NCBI GenBank assembly: GCA_965248975.1
Contig: CBDFKU010000017.1
Coordinates: 109,090-173,089 of the forward strand
Source: Dehalococcoidia bacterium
GTDB lineage: Bacteria > Chloroflexota > Dehalococcoidia > Lucifugimonadales > JAGWBF01
Direction of reading: 5' to 3'
Length of the DNA: 64,000 bases
Position 1 is the stretch's first letter, and every line of letters starts with the position of its first letter. The notes under the pieces are model-generated. The model was not told the DNA's origin, did no database searches, and saw only the letters and a program-made list of their open reading frames with translations. The position numbers and the translations under genes were made by a program. This document shows, in pieces, positions 19,227-31,965 of this stretch.

Positions 19227-20102
19227 CTAAGCCTCCCTCGCTCGTTCTATTGCGCCTTTAAGGGTCCGACGGGTCAGCACGCCGACCAGGTGCCGGCGCT
19301 GCCTGACGGTGCCTCGCATATCGGCGATGGGTCGGGCCGCAGCCATGGCCGCCTCGGCCGCGTCGTCTATCGTCTTGTCGGTGATCTCCTTGCCCTCCAG
19401 GGCGGCAGCTGCCTCGCGGACCAGCAGAGGTGTGGGGGCCACCGAGGCCAGGGAGATGCGGGCCGACGTAACCGTCTTGCCTCCTCCGTCCAGCACCACA
19501 GATGAGCCGACCCCGGCCACTGCTATGTCCATCTCGTTGCGGGGAATGAACCGGAGGTAGTGGGCACCGGAGGACTTCTGGGGTGCCGGTATGCGCAGCG
19601 ATACCAGAAGCTCGCCGTCCTGGAGGACATTCTGACCCGGTCCCGTGCAGAAGTCCTCGGCCGGCACCTCCCTGGTGCCGTTGGGGCCGGCTATGACGCA
19701 GGTGGTTCCCAGGATGATCAGCGGGGGAACGCCGTCGGCGCTGGGGGCCGAGTTGCACAGGTTGCCGCCCAGAGAGGCCCTTCCCTGTATCTGAATGCCG
19801 CCGATCATAGCCGCGGCATCGATGAGGCCGGGGTAGGCCTGGGATATCGCCTGGTCCTCGTATATCCGGTAGCAGGGCACCGCAGACCCCAGGGTCAGCC
19901 CCTCGCCGGGGCTGTAGCGTAGCTCGTTAACCTCGGGGATATCCTTGATATCCACTAGGCGCTCGAGGCCGGGGTAGCGACCTCCCCTGAGCTGGACCAG
20001 AATGTCGGTGCCTCCCGCCAGGACTCGCGCCTTGCCCTTCTCCGCCAGCGAGGATACCGCCTCGCCCACGGTTCGAGCGGAAACGTATTCAAACTCCTGC
20101 AA
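19227..20102 (-). CDS. FAD-binding medium subunit, CoxM-like
   Basis: LAGGTD, ASLGGNLCNSAPSAD; TTG start at 20102 after AGGAGG. Confidence 0.93.
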   Translation of the reverse strand: MQEFEYVSARTVGEAVSSLAEKGKARVLAGGTDILVQLRGGRYPGLERLVDIKDIPEVNELRYSPGEGLTLGSAVPCYRIYEDQAISQAYPGLIDAAAMIGGIQIQGRASLGGNLCNSAPSADGVPPLIILGTTCVIAGPNGTREVPAEDFCTGPGQNVLQDGELLVSLRIPAPQKSSGAHYLRFIPRNEMDIAVAGVGSSVVLDGGGKTVTSARISLASVAPTPLLVREAAAALEGKEITDKTIDDAAEAAMAAARPIADMRGTVRQRRHLVGVLTRRTLKGAIERAREA

Positions 20103-20396
20103 TGACTCACCTCCTGAGATGGGGTGTGGAGGGCTCGGGGCGTTCGCCAGTCCCGGGCCCATGGCACAGGTGCCAGAGGGCTTACACATGGCATCATAAG
20201 GCCTACCCAGACCCGTGTCAATTACCTCCCGTCGAAGGGGTAGCCTTCCTGCGGAGAGTATGATTAAAGAGGCAGTTTCTTTGATTCCGAGGGGGAGTAA
20301 CCATGGCGCAGGATACCACCTCTGTTCCAACAGAACAGGGACCCTCCTTTTCTTGAAGAGCCTCTATTTGTTTCTGCTCGTCCTGGATAAAGCCAA

Positions 20397-20861
20397 TTGA
20401 GCGGTCTCGTTACCATATTGTTGGTAACTTACCCCATCTCTGTGCTCATAGGACACTGGGTTGTGCTAGCGAATGGTGGAGAGAAGAGATGGTACAACTT
20501 CTGGCTCACTGGCATGGCGCAACTAACAACAACTGCGGTTATGGTCATGATTCTACTGAGACTGATGACTGACATTCCCATTGGCCGGTACATCATCTTC
20601 ATGCCAATGTGGTGGGTACTGTGGTGGGCGCATCTTAGGGTCAGCTATGGCATGAGATGGGATCAGGCTCTGATGGTGGTGCCACTAACGGGCATCGTAT
20701 CCATCGTCGGTGGCTATATTATGGGGGGTGTACTTCCCTGGATTCTGTTCAATCTACTAGCAGCAATCTATTGGCAGCCATACCCACTGGATAGCCGAGG
20801 AATAAAGCGGCATTGTCAACGTCAACGCCGTCTTGTCCAACTGCTTCGAAGGCGTATGTAG
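20397..20861 (+). CDS. Hypothetical multi-pass membrane protein in lower-GC DNA
   Basis: About four hydrophobic segments; start uncertain. Confidence 0.5.
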   Translation: MSGLVTILLVTYPISVLIGHWVVLANGGEKRWYNFWLTGMAQLTTTAVMVMILLRLMTDIPIGRYIIFMPMWWVLWWAHLRVSYGMRWDQALMVVPLTGIVSIVGGYIMGGVLPWILFNLLAAIYWQPYPLDSRGIKRHCQRQRRLVQLLRRRM

Positions 20862-20954
20862 GGGGAGACGCGTAGCGAACGTGTTGCTTCGTGCACGCTC
20901 CCTTCTGATATACTGAACGCCGAAAAGTCTATTACGTCGCGCTGAGGTGATCTA

Positions 20955-21698
20955 GTGGCAGTACTGCCGAACGGAGCAAGGGTGGACGGGCGTCGCTGGG
21001 ACGAGCCCAGGAAGACCACCATAACACCGGGGTATCAGGCCTTCGCCGAAGGGTCCGCCCTCATCGAGGTCGGCATGACGAGGGTGCTCTGCGCGGCCAG
21101 CATAGACGAACGGGTGCCGCCCTTCCTGCGGGGCCAGGGAAAGGGCTGGGTCACGGCCGAGTACTCCATGCTCCCTCGCTCCACAGGGACGCGCTCTTCC
21201 CGCGAGGGCGTCAAGGGCCGTTCCATGGAGATCCAACGGCTCATAGGCAGGTGTTTGAGGGCGGTGACCGATATGGTGGCCCTAGGCGAGAGGACGGTCC
21301 TGCTGGACTGCGACGTCATTCAGGCCGACGGAGGTACCCGAACGGCGGCGGTCACGGGGGCCTATGTGGCCCTCTACCAGGCGGTCCTGGGGTTGGTCCA
21401 GAGCCGTCTGGTCAGCGAGGTTCCGTTGACCGGGGCCGTCGCGGCCATCAGCGTCGGTATGGTGGACGGGAACACGCTCCTGGACTTGTGCTACCAGGAA
21501 GACGCCCGTGCCCAGGTCGACTTCAACGTGGCTATGACCGACCGGGACGAGCTCGTCGAGATACAAGGGGCCGCCGAGGGCAATCCGTTCCCCCGGGATA
21601 CGGTACCTGAGTACATCGGCCTGGCAGGCAGGGGCCTGGCTCAGCTGTTCCAGGCCCAGCGGGACGCCATCAGCATACTGAAGGGACAGGGGTCTTAG
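20955..21698 (+). CDS. rph: Ribonuclease PH
   Basis: GWVTAEYSMLP, EIQRLIGR, DCDVIQADGGTRTA. Confidence 0.96.
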   Translation: MAVLPNGARVDGRRWDEPRKTTITPGYQAFAEGSALIEVGMTRVLCAASIDERVPPFLRGQGKGWVTAEYSMLPRSTGTRSSREGVKGRSMEIQRLIGRCLRAVTDMVALGERTVLLDCDVIQADGGTRTAAVTGAYVALYQAVLGLVQSRLVSEVPLTGAVAAISVGMVDGNTLLDLCYQEDARAQVDFNVAMTDRDELVEIQGAAEGNPFPRDTVPEYIGLAGRGLAQLFQAQRDAISILKGQGS

Positions 21699-21702
21699 AG
21701 CC

Positions 21703-22659
21703 GTGTTCAGGCGCTTCTGGAGATTCATATTAATATGCGCTGACGTCACCAACACCTATCTGGCCAACAGTGGCCCCCACCACGCCGCGGCCATCACCTA
21801 CTACGCCCTGTTCTCCCTCATACCCCTGACCCTGGCCATCCTGTTCATCCTGGGGACCGTCGTGCGAGGCTCCGAGGCGCTGGAGGCCAGGCTCGCCCTG
21901 GCGGTGAATACCCTGGTGCCGGTGTCCAGCGACGCCCTGGACGAAACCCTCGGCGTGCTGGACAGGACCAAGGCGGTCGCAGGAGTGCTGGGGCTGGTCG
22001 GACTGCTGTGGGTCTCCACCACGGTGTTCGGGGCCATACGTAAGGGCGTCAACGCCATCTGGGGCATAAGCCAGCCCCGGCGCTTCTTCCACGAAAAGCT
22101 GATGGACCTGACCTTCACCGCCGGAGCCGGCCTGCTGATGGTGGTGCTCCTGGGCCTGACGGCGGCGATGGGTGTCCTGGGAGAGTCCTTCTCGGCCCTG
22201 CGCACCGGCAACACGGACACCGACTGGCTGGCGCCTACGCTGCTATCGCCGCTGATAACCCTTGCGGCCTTTATGTGCATCTACCGGTTCCTTCCCAATA
22301 CCCGGGTCACCTTCCGGGAGGTCTGGCCCTGCGCGCTCATAGCTTCCGTGGCGTTCGAGGGTTGGAAGCAAGTATTTCTCTGGTACACCCACAGTTTCCC
22401 CGTCTTCGATACGGTCTACGGGCCTGTGGGCGCGCTGGTCGCCCTCCTCAGCTGGGTATACATATCCGCAAACATACTGCTGGTGGGCGCGCTGGTCACA
22501 TCCAGGTACTCGGCGTATATGTCCCGACGCATCGAAGACGTGGTCGGAAGCCTCATCGCCTCATTCAGGGCTTCCCCGGGGCCACGGGCGAGCGCCTGGC
22601 CCGAGGCGATCAAAACCGAAAGCTCACCCGGAGTCGTAGAGACGGGTGAGGATGATTGA
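21703..22659 (+). CDS. YihY/virulence factor BrkB family membrane protein
   Basis: AAAITYYALFSLIP, YRFLPN, YGPVGALVALLSWVY. Confidence 0.92.
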   Translation: MFRRFWRFILICADVTNTYLANSGPHHAAAITYYALFSLIPLTLAILFILGTVVRGSEALEARLALAVNTLVPVSSDALDETLGVLDRTKAVAGVLGLVGLLWVSTTVFGAIRKGVNAIWGISQPRRFFHEKLMDLTFTAGAGLLMVVLLGLTAAMGVLGESFSALRTGNTDTDWLAPTLLSPLITLAAFMCIYRFLPNTRVTFREVWPCALIASVAFEGWKQVFLWYTHSFPVFDTVYGPVGALVALLSWVYISANILLVGALVTSRYSAYMSRRIEDVVGSLIASFRASPGPRASAWPEAIKTESSPGVVETGEDD

Positions 22660-23974
22660 TTCGAGAGGCTATCGTGTAACGGCTATTCTCTTCGTGGTGG
22701 CGGTCCTCTCTGCCGTTGCATGTAACGGCGCCAGGCCGGCCTCCACTCCCGCATCCCAAGATGACGCCACCTCCACGCCGACGACGACCGGACAACTTTC
22801 CACTGTCCTGGGACCGACGTCGACTCCCGAAACCTCCGTAGCCTTCTCACCAACCCGGGTTCCGACCACCCCTACCCCTACCTTCACCGCACCCGACCCC
22901 ACACCTGACCGACCCACTGCCACACTGGACACCGCTACACCCAGCCCACAGCCCACTGCCACAGACGATCCGTCACCATCTCCTCCCATCGATCCTCAAC
23001 CCACTCCCATAGTCATTGTCCAGATGCCGGATATCGCCGGAGTGGTGGAGGCGGTGCGGCCCGCGGTGGTTTCGGTCGTGGCCGAGGTGGAGGTGAGGGA
23101 CATCTTCGGGCGCGTTTCCCGGCAGCCTCAGAACGGGTCGGGGGTCATCTTTGATCCGAGGGGTTATCTTCTGACCAATAATCATGTCGTTGAGGGGGCA
23201 GAAGCCGTAACCGTCACCCTGGACGACGGCCGGCAGATCGAGGCGGAGGTCGTGGGGACCGATGGTCTGACCGACCTGGCGGTCCTGAAGATAGCGGGCG
23301 AGGGATTCGCCGCTGTGCCCCTAGCGGACCCGTCGGCGGTCCGGGTGGGGGACCTGGTGATCGCCATTGGCAACGCCCTGGCTCTCCCCGGCGGCCCGAC
23401 GGTGACCTTTGGTGTGGTGAGCGCCCTGGACAGGGCCTTTGCCGTAGGGGCGGACCTGCAGCTTTACGGGCTGATCCAAACCGACGCTTCCATCAACCCC
23501 GGCAATAGCGGTGGCCCCCTTCTGAACCTGGACGGAGAGGTGGTAGGTATAAACACCGCTGTGGCCCGGGGTGACTTCTCGGGCCGGCAGGTCGAGGGGA
23601 TCGGATTCGCGGTGTCTATGGATACGGTGATCCCGGTGGCCCGGCAGCTCATGGAGCAGGGGAGGGTGCAGTGGCCCTGGCTGGGGTTGTGGCTGGCCGA
23701 CCTGGACGCCCCGACGGCTGCCGAGCTGGGAGTGCCGGCCCGCTCCGGAGTGGTGGTGTCCCAGATCGTCAGGGACGGCCCGGCCTGGAAGGGCGGCATG
23801 CGCGGTGGGGACGTGATCCTTTCCTTCGGCGGAGAGAAGGTGTCCTCGGTGAGGGAGCTCATCGTAATCCTGCGGCTCCGGCACCGGGTCGGCGAAAAGG
23901 TACCGGTGACCGTCTTTCGCGACGACGAGGAGTTGGCCTTGGAGATCGAGCTGGGGGAAAGGCCCAGCCCGTAG
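22646..23974 (+). CDS. HtrA/DegP-family serine protease lipoprotein with PDZ domain
   Basis: Signal ending AVAC, Pro/Thr linker, TNNHV, DLAVL, INPGNSGGPL, PDZ. Confidence 0.95.
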   Translation: MRMIDSRGYRVTAILFVVAVLSAVACNGARPASTPASQDDATSTPTTTGQLSTVLGPTSTPETSVAFSPTRVPTTPTPTFTAPDPTPDRPTATLDTATPSPQPTATDDPSPSPPIDPQPTPIVIVQMPDIAGVVEAVRPAVVSVVAEVEVRDIFGRVSRQPQNGSGVIFDPRGYLLTNNHVVEGAEAVTVTLDDGRQIEAEVVGTDGLTDLAVLKIAGEGFAAVPLADPSAVRVGDLVIAIGNALALPGGPTVTFGVVSALDRAFAVGADLQLYGLIQTDASINPGNSGGPLLNLDGEVVGINTAVARGDFSGRQVEGIGFAVSMDTVIPVARQLMEQGRVQWPWLGLWLADLDAPTAAELGVPARSGVVVSQIVRDGPAWKGGMRGGDVILSFGGEKVSSVRELIVILRLRHRVGEKVPVTVFRDDEELALEIELGERPSP

Positions 23975-23984
23975 TTTTCAAGGC

Positions 23985-27212
<3,228 letters not shown>

Positions 27213-27223
27213 CTCGAAGGAGT

Positions 27224-27298
27224 TACTGCCACGGAGACGCCGAGGCAGTGAGGATTCTCTAACGTTTTCTCCATGACTCAGTGCCTCTGTGGCTGTAA
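27224..27298. repeat. Imperfect inverted repeat between tlyA and ileS
   Basis: TACTGCCACGGAGACGCCGAG ... CTCAGTGCCTCTGTGGCTGTA. Confidence 0.55.
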
Positions 27299-27336
27299 TA
27301 GCTTACCAAACATGTACGTGAAGGTTCCACACTGCT

Positions 27337-28086
27337 CTACTTCTGCAGCAGCAGGAAGAACTCCCGGTTTCCGGCGTCTCCCAGGATAGGAGACGGGACC
27401 AGGCCGCGTAGCCGGAAACCGGCCTCCACGGCCCACAGGATGACCTTGCCCAGTACGCCGGCGTGCACCCCGGGGTCCTTGATGACACCACCCCTGCCTA
27501 CCTCGCCTCGCGCCGCCTCGAACTGGGGCTTCACCAGCACGATGACGTAGCCTCCGTCCCTAACATGGTCCGCCACCGATGGGATCACCTTGATGGCGGA
27601 TATGAAGGAAACGTCCATCGTCGCCAGGCCGACCGGCTCGCTTTCCGTGCCCGGTGGCAACGCAAACTCGTAGCGGGCGTTGACCCGCTCCATCACCGCG
27701 ACCCTGGAGTCCTGGCGGAGACGGTAGGCCAGCTGGGCGTGGCCCACGTCCAAGGCGACCACCTTTCTCGCGCCCCTTTGCAGCAGGCAGTCGGTGAAGC
27801 CTCCCGTGGATGCCCCTATGTCCAGGGCGACCCATCCGGAGACGTCCAGCCCGAAACAGTCCAGGGCGTGGGCCAGCTTGACGCCGCCCCTGCCGACGTA
27901 TGGAAGCCCCTCCCTTACCTCCAGGGGCGTGTCCACCGGCGTGGGGGTGCCGGGCTTGATGACCTTCCCGGCGGGGGTGTACACCACGCCTTCCATGATC
28001 AGGGCCTGGGCCCTCTCCCGGCTCTCTGCCAGGCCCCTCTCCACCAGGAGGATGTCCGCCCGCCGTTTGGCGGTCCTTCCGCTCAT
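27337..28086 (-). CDS. tlyA: TlyA family RNA methyltransferase
   Basis: S4 domain, YVGRGGVKL, DIGASTGGFTD, DVSFIS, LVKPQFE, GNREF; start set to ATG 28086. Confidence 0.95.
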   Translation of the reverse strand: MSGRTAKRRADILLVERGLAESRERAQALIMEGVVYTPAGKVIKPGTPTPVDTPLEVREGLPYVGRGGVKLAHALDCFGLDVSGWVALDIGASTGGFTDCLLQRGARKVVALDVGHAQLAYRLRQDSRVAVMERVNARYEFALPPGTESEPVGLATMDVSFISAIKVIPSVADHVRDGGYVIVLVKPQFEAARGEVGRGGVIKDPGVHAGVLGKVILWAVEAGFRLRGLVPSPILGDAGNREFFLLLQK

Positions 28087-28104
28087 GATCCGGGGCTCTG
28101 CAAA

Positions 28105-28134
28105 TTGACACTCATCTTGACCATGAATTATAAT
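28105..28134 (+). promoter_or_regulatory. Near-consensus sigma70 promoter of the rpmH operon
   Basis: TTGACA-N18-TATAAT. Confidence 0.7.
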
Positions 28135-28171
28135 CCATTTGCAAACCCGTATCATGTCGTAGGACTTCCTC

Positions 28172-28309
28172 TTGCCTAAACGTACCTATCAACCCAAGAA
28201 GCGCCACCGCCAGCGGGTTCATGGCTTCCGTGCTCGCATCAGCACTCCGGGAGGCAGGAACGTGCTGAGACGTCGCCGATTCAAAGGCCGCCATAGGCTG
28301 GCAGTGTAG
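28172..28309 (+). CDS. rpmH: 50S ribosomal protein L34
   Basis: Manual translation from TTG: [45 protein letters not shown]. Confidence 0.97.
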   Translation: MPKRTYQPKKRHRQRVHGFRARISTPGGRNVLRRRRFKGRHRLAV

Positions 28310-28325
28310 CGTGCGTCCGACCTAA

Positions 28326-28997
28326 ATGCAGAGAGCGTATCGCCTCACCGGCAACAAACGCTTCTCAGCGATCCACCAGGGTAGTCGAGGATGGGCCAAC
28401 CGGCTTCTGGTGCTCAAGTGCATTCCCAACGACCTGGACCGGAACCGCTTCGGGTTTCTCGTGGGCAAGAGGGTCGGGGGTGCCGTCGCCAGGAACAGGG
28501 TCAGGCGCCGGCTGAGGGAAGCCATCCGCCTTACTCCGGTGAAAGCCGGCTGGGACATCATCTTCATTGCGCGAAGGGACGCCGCCTCCGCCGACTACCA
28601 CCAGCTCAAACTGGCAGCCGAGGACCTGATGAGGCGGGCGCGGCTCTTGGGCGACCCGGTTGCTGTGCCATTCCTCTCCGAGACACCTACGCATATCGGC
28701 GTGGGGACCCCGGCTCTGGAAGGACATCTGGTCCAGGCGAGCCGAAGAATGGCTCACCACCAACTGCGTGGCGCCGGGCACCGGAGAGTACGGGGGTTGA
28801 TGCTCGGTTGCATCTCGGTCTACCAGAGGGGAATCTCGCCCCACCTTCCCTCGGAGTGTCGCTACCAACCAACCTGCTCCCAATATTCCCGCGAGGCCAT
28901 CGAAGGCCATGGCGTACTGCACGGAGGCTGGCTTACCCTGAAGCGCCTCGCCCGGTGCCATCCCCTGGGAGGGAGAGGCTACGACCCTGTACCATAG
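28326..28997 (+). CDS. rnpA: RNase P protein component fused in frame to YidD (membrane protein insertion efficiency factor)
   Basis: N-half [25 protein letters not shown]; C-half [20 protein letters not shown]...[15 protein letters not shown]; no stop between them. Confidence 0.9.
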   Translation: MQRAYRLTGNKRFSAIHQGSRGWANRLLVLKCIPNDLDRNRFGFLVGKRVGGAVARNRVRRRLREAIRLTPVKAGWDIIFIARRDAASADYHQLKLAAEDLMRRARLLGDPVAVPFLSETPTHIGVGTPALEGHLVQASRRMAHHQLRGAGHRRVRGLMLGCISVYQRGISPHLPSECRYQPTCSQYSREAIEGHGVLHGGWLTLKRLARCHPLGGRGYDPVP

Positions 28998-29037
28998 ACA
29001 TTCATCCCGCCTGTCCGGTTGGGTCCCAGCGCAGCTA

Positions 29038-30324
29038 TTGTACCTGACCTGCAGGTTAAAGGACGCCCTCACTCGAAGAAGAGTGCCCTTTTGTGATCAA
29101 GAGACCGATGTCTTAACACCTCATGGCTGCACCGGAGAGCTCTCTCCAGGGAAAAGACCGGCCCAACGACCTGGAGGCCGTTTCGCCAAGGCCGCCCTTC
29201 TGTTGCTTCCAATGCTCGGGGTCGTGCTGCTGGCGGCGGGCTGCCTGGGGGGAGGAGGCCTCATTCGGTGGAGCAAGGGATGGTCGCCCACCGTCGCTGA
29301 GGGCGGGATCGTCTACGTGGGGACCCGGGATGGCGGTGTGCTGGCGCTGGAGGCCAACAGGCGGCGCGCCGACGTTCTGTGGCGGTACACCGCTTCCAGT
29401 GAAGTAGCCGAGGGGGTTTTCGGTGTCCCCGCCATTGGGCCGGACCACATATACGTTGGTATCAGGGGAGACAGCGATGGGGAACTGGGGGAGGTCCATG
29501 CCGTCAGAAAGGAGGATGACGAGGACCTGAGACGGGAGTGGGTCAAGCCCACCCAGGAAGGTGGCGGCATAGTGGGAGGGGTGGCCCTGGCCGAGGACGA
29601 GGGCCTCGTCCTCGTGGGCTCCGACGACGGCAACCTGTACGCCTTCAGCGTAGGGTCGGGCGACCGCGAGTGGAGGTTCGCCACCGATGACCGCATCTGG
29701 TCCACGCCTACCGTCCAGGATGGGGTGGTATACTTCGGTTCCATGGACCGCCACGTATACGCAGTGCGGCTGGACCCCGAGCTGGGCCAATCGGAGCGCC
29801 TCAAGTGGAAGTACAAGACGGGTGGGGCCGTTTCTGCCAGACCCCTTATCCTGGATAACATGGTCATAGTGGGCTCCTTTGACAAGAAGCTGTACGCCCT
29901 GGACATAGAAGATGGGCGGCCGTTGTGGACCTTCAAGGGAGCAGACTGGTTCTGGGCAGGAGCCGTATCCGACGGCCAGCGCATCATCGCGGCTGCCATG
30001 GACGGCAGAGTCTATGCCCTTGACATGGATGGGGACCCCATCTGGACCGGGCCCTTCGTTGCCGAATCGCCGGTGCTTTCCACGCCGGCCATAGTTGGCG
30101 ATGTGATCGTCGTGGGCACCGACGAAGGTAAGCTTCACCTCCTCGACATCGAAACCGGAGAGAAGCTGGAAGTTTCCAAGGACCTGGGGAGTAGAGTGAA
30201 GGCCCCTATCACCACTGAAGGATCACTCGCCTTCGTGGGGATCGAAAATGACGCCGTGGTCGGGGTGGATGTGGAGCAGTGGACCGAAGTCTGGCGAGTA
30301 TCCACAAAGAAACCGAAACAGTAG
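29038..30324 (+). CDS. PQQ-binding-like beta-propeller repeat lipoprotein (BamB-like fold)
   Basis: Lipobox LLAAGC, repeated 'VYFGSxDxxxYAL...W' blades; start uncertain. Confidence 0.85.
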   Translation: MYLTCRLKDALTRRRVPFCDQETDVLTPHGCTGELSPGKRPAQRPGGRFAKAALLLLPMLGVVLLAAGCLGGGGLIRWSKGWSPTVAEGGIVYVGTRDGGVLALEANRRRADVLWRYTASSEVAEGVFGVPAIGPDHIYVGIRGDSDGELGEVHAVRKEDDEDLRREWVKPTQEGGGIVGGVALAEDEGLVLVGSDDGNLYAFSVGSGDREWRFATDDRIWSTPTVQDGVVYFGSMDRHVYAVRLDPELGQSERLKWKYKTGGAVSARPLILDNMVIVGSFDKKLYALDIEDGRPLWTFKGADWFWAGAVSDGQRIIAAAMDGRVYALDMDGDPIWTGPFVAESPVLSTPAIVGDVIVVGTDEGKLHLLDIETGEKLEVSKDLGSRVKAPITTEGSLAFVGIENDAVVGVDVEQWTEVWRVSTKKPKQ

Positions 30325-30331
30325 GGTAGCG

Positions 30332-31237
30332 TTGGACTTCATCTTCGATAACATACTGATCAATCCAATGCTGAACGCCTTGACGGTGTTGTACGCTATC
30401 CTGTTCAGCAACTTCGGCCTGTCCATCATATTCTTCACCATAATAGTGAGGATGGCGACCCTGCCCCTTCAGCTAAAGCAAACCCGTCAGATGAAGGCTA
30501 TGCAGGCCCTGCAGCCCCGTATGAAGGAGATCCAGGACAAGTTCTCCAAGGACCCCCAGAAGAGGTCCCAGGAGACGATGAAACTTTACAGGCAGGAGGG
30601 GGTGAACCCCCTGGGATGCCTGGGCCCGATGGTTATCCAGCTCCCCATATGGATCGGCCTCTACCAGGCCATCATCAAGAGCCTTGGCACCCATCCCGAC
30701 GGCCTGATCGGCCTGTCCCAGCGGCTGTACTCCTTCAATCCCTTCGGCGACAGCACAGTGCCCCTGAACAGCGACTTCCTCTGGCTGGACCTGGCCAATC
30801 CCGACCCTTCGCCGATAATAGTCCCTGTGCTGGTGGGGGCCACCACGTGGCTCCAGACCAAGATGACGATGATGCCGTCGGCTGACCCCAGGCAGGCCTC
30901 CACCAACAAAATGATGCAGATGATGATGCCACTGATGCTGGCCCTCTTCTCATTCACCTTCCCCAGCGGGCTGGCCCTGTACTGGATCGTCTCCAACCTG
31001 ATAGGCGTTGCCATCCAGTACTTCGTCATCGGCAGTTGGGCCCCCCTCTTTGCGAAAGCCGCTCCTGCACCCGAGCCCGCGCCGCAGCCGGTCAAGGAGC
31101 CAGAACCAAAGGAGATAGAGAGCGATGGAAGAGAGAGTAATGTCCGGAAAGACCGTCGAAGAGGCAATCGAAGTGGCCCTGAAAGAGCTAGACGCAAATC
31201 GGGGAGAAGTAGAGGTAGAAATATTAAGCCAAGGTAA
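30332..31237 (+). CDS. yidC: Membrane protein insertase YidC/Oxa1 (short form)
   Basis: LQPRMKEIQ, NPLGCLGP..IQLPIW, FLWLDL, PSGLALYW; TTG start chosen at 30332. Confidence 0.95.
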   Translation: MDFIFDNILINPMLNALTVLYAILFSNFGLSIIFFTIIVRMATLPLQLKQTRQMKAMQALQPRMKEIQDKFSKDPQKRSQETMKLYRQEGVNPLGCLGPMVIQLPIWIGLYQAIIKSLGTHPDGLIGLSQRLYSFNPFGDSTVPLNSDFLWLDLANPDPSPIIVPVLVGATTWLQTKMTMMPSADPRQASTNKMMQMMMPLMLALFSFTFPSGLALYWIVSNLIGVAIQYFVIGSWAPLFAKAAPAPEPAPQPVKEPEPKEIESDGRESNVRKDRRRGNRSGPERARRKSGRSRGRNIKPR

Positions 31238-31769
31238 GCCCGGCTTCCTTGGCATCGGGTCGGAGCCCGCCCGCGTTCGGGTCAAAAAGTTCCCGTCGGC
31301 CAATAACGCCGCTTCCCTCGCGATGGAAGTCGTAACACGGATCCTGTCCACCGCAGGGGTTCAGACCATGGCCACCCTTCGCAGCGCCCACAGCCCCGAC
31401 AGCGGAGGCCCCGTCATCGACATCGCGGGGGAGGACTCGGGCCTGCTCATCGGCCGCAGGGGTGAGACCCTCAGGGCGCTTCAGTTCCTGGTCAACCTGG
31501 CAGTCAGGAACCGCCTGAATGGCGAGGACGTCAGGGTGATCCTGGACGTCGAGCGCTATCGAGAGCGGCGACACAACTCCCTCCACGAGATGGCTCTCCG
31601 GGTGGCGGATAGGGTCGCTAGTAGCGGCAGGGCCATCTCCCTCGAACCCATGCCGGCCGCCGAACGCAGGGTCATCCACATGGCCCTGGCCGACCACCCC
31701 AGGGTGAGCACAGAGAGCGCCGGGTTCGGCGAAAGCCGGCAGGTCACCGTCGCCCCCAAGAAGGACTGA
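31125..31769 (+). CDS. jag: RNA-binding protein Jag/EloR (Jag_N, KH, R3H)
   Basis: GKTVEEAI, LIGRRGETLRALQ, ERRVIH. Confidence 0.95.
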   Translation: MEERVMSGKTVEEAIEVALKELDANRGEVEVEILSQGKPGFLGIGSEPARVRVKKFPSANNAASLAMEVVTRILSTAGVQTMATLRSAHSPDSGGPVIDIAGEDSGLLIGRRGETLRALQFLVNLAVRNRLNGEDVRVILDVERYRERRHNSLHEMALRVADRVASSGRAISLEPMPAAERRVIHMALADHPRVSTESAGFGESRQVTVAPKKD

Positions 31770-31850
31770 CGGACAGCAGGGAAACCGGGGACCGATGCTG
31801 TGGTGGGTTCACCGTTGCGCCGACACCACCGCCACAAGTGCCTCCTGTTT

Positions 31851-31964
31851 CCCTCACCCCCGACCCCTCTCCCATAGGGAGAGGGGTGAAAACCCTTAAT
31901 CATCTTCTCCCGGTGGTGGGCGCATCAGAATCCCCTCTCCCTCTGGGAGAGGTTAGGGTGAGGG
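31851..31964. repeat. REP-like family B inverted pair
   Basis: CCCTCACCCCCGACCCCTCTCCCATAGGGAGAGGGG ... CCCCTCTCCCTCTGGGAGAGGTTAGGGTGAGGG. Confidence 0.8.
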
Positions 31965-31965
31965 C

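Noticed and set aside
11113-20102. Aerobic CO dehydrogenase (coxMSL)
   Set aside because: The active-site loop is AYRAPG, not AYRCSFR or AYRGAGR
27213-27336. T-box riboswitch upstream of ileS
   Set aside because: No T-box consensus (GGTGGNACCGCG) was seen and the gap is short; it contains only an imperfect inverted repeat
28087-28171. oriC/dnaA region expected upstream of rpmH
   Set aside because: The upstream gene is tlyA, the gap is 85 nt and no TTATCCACA boxes were seen
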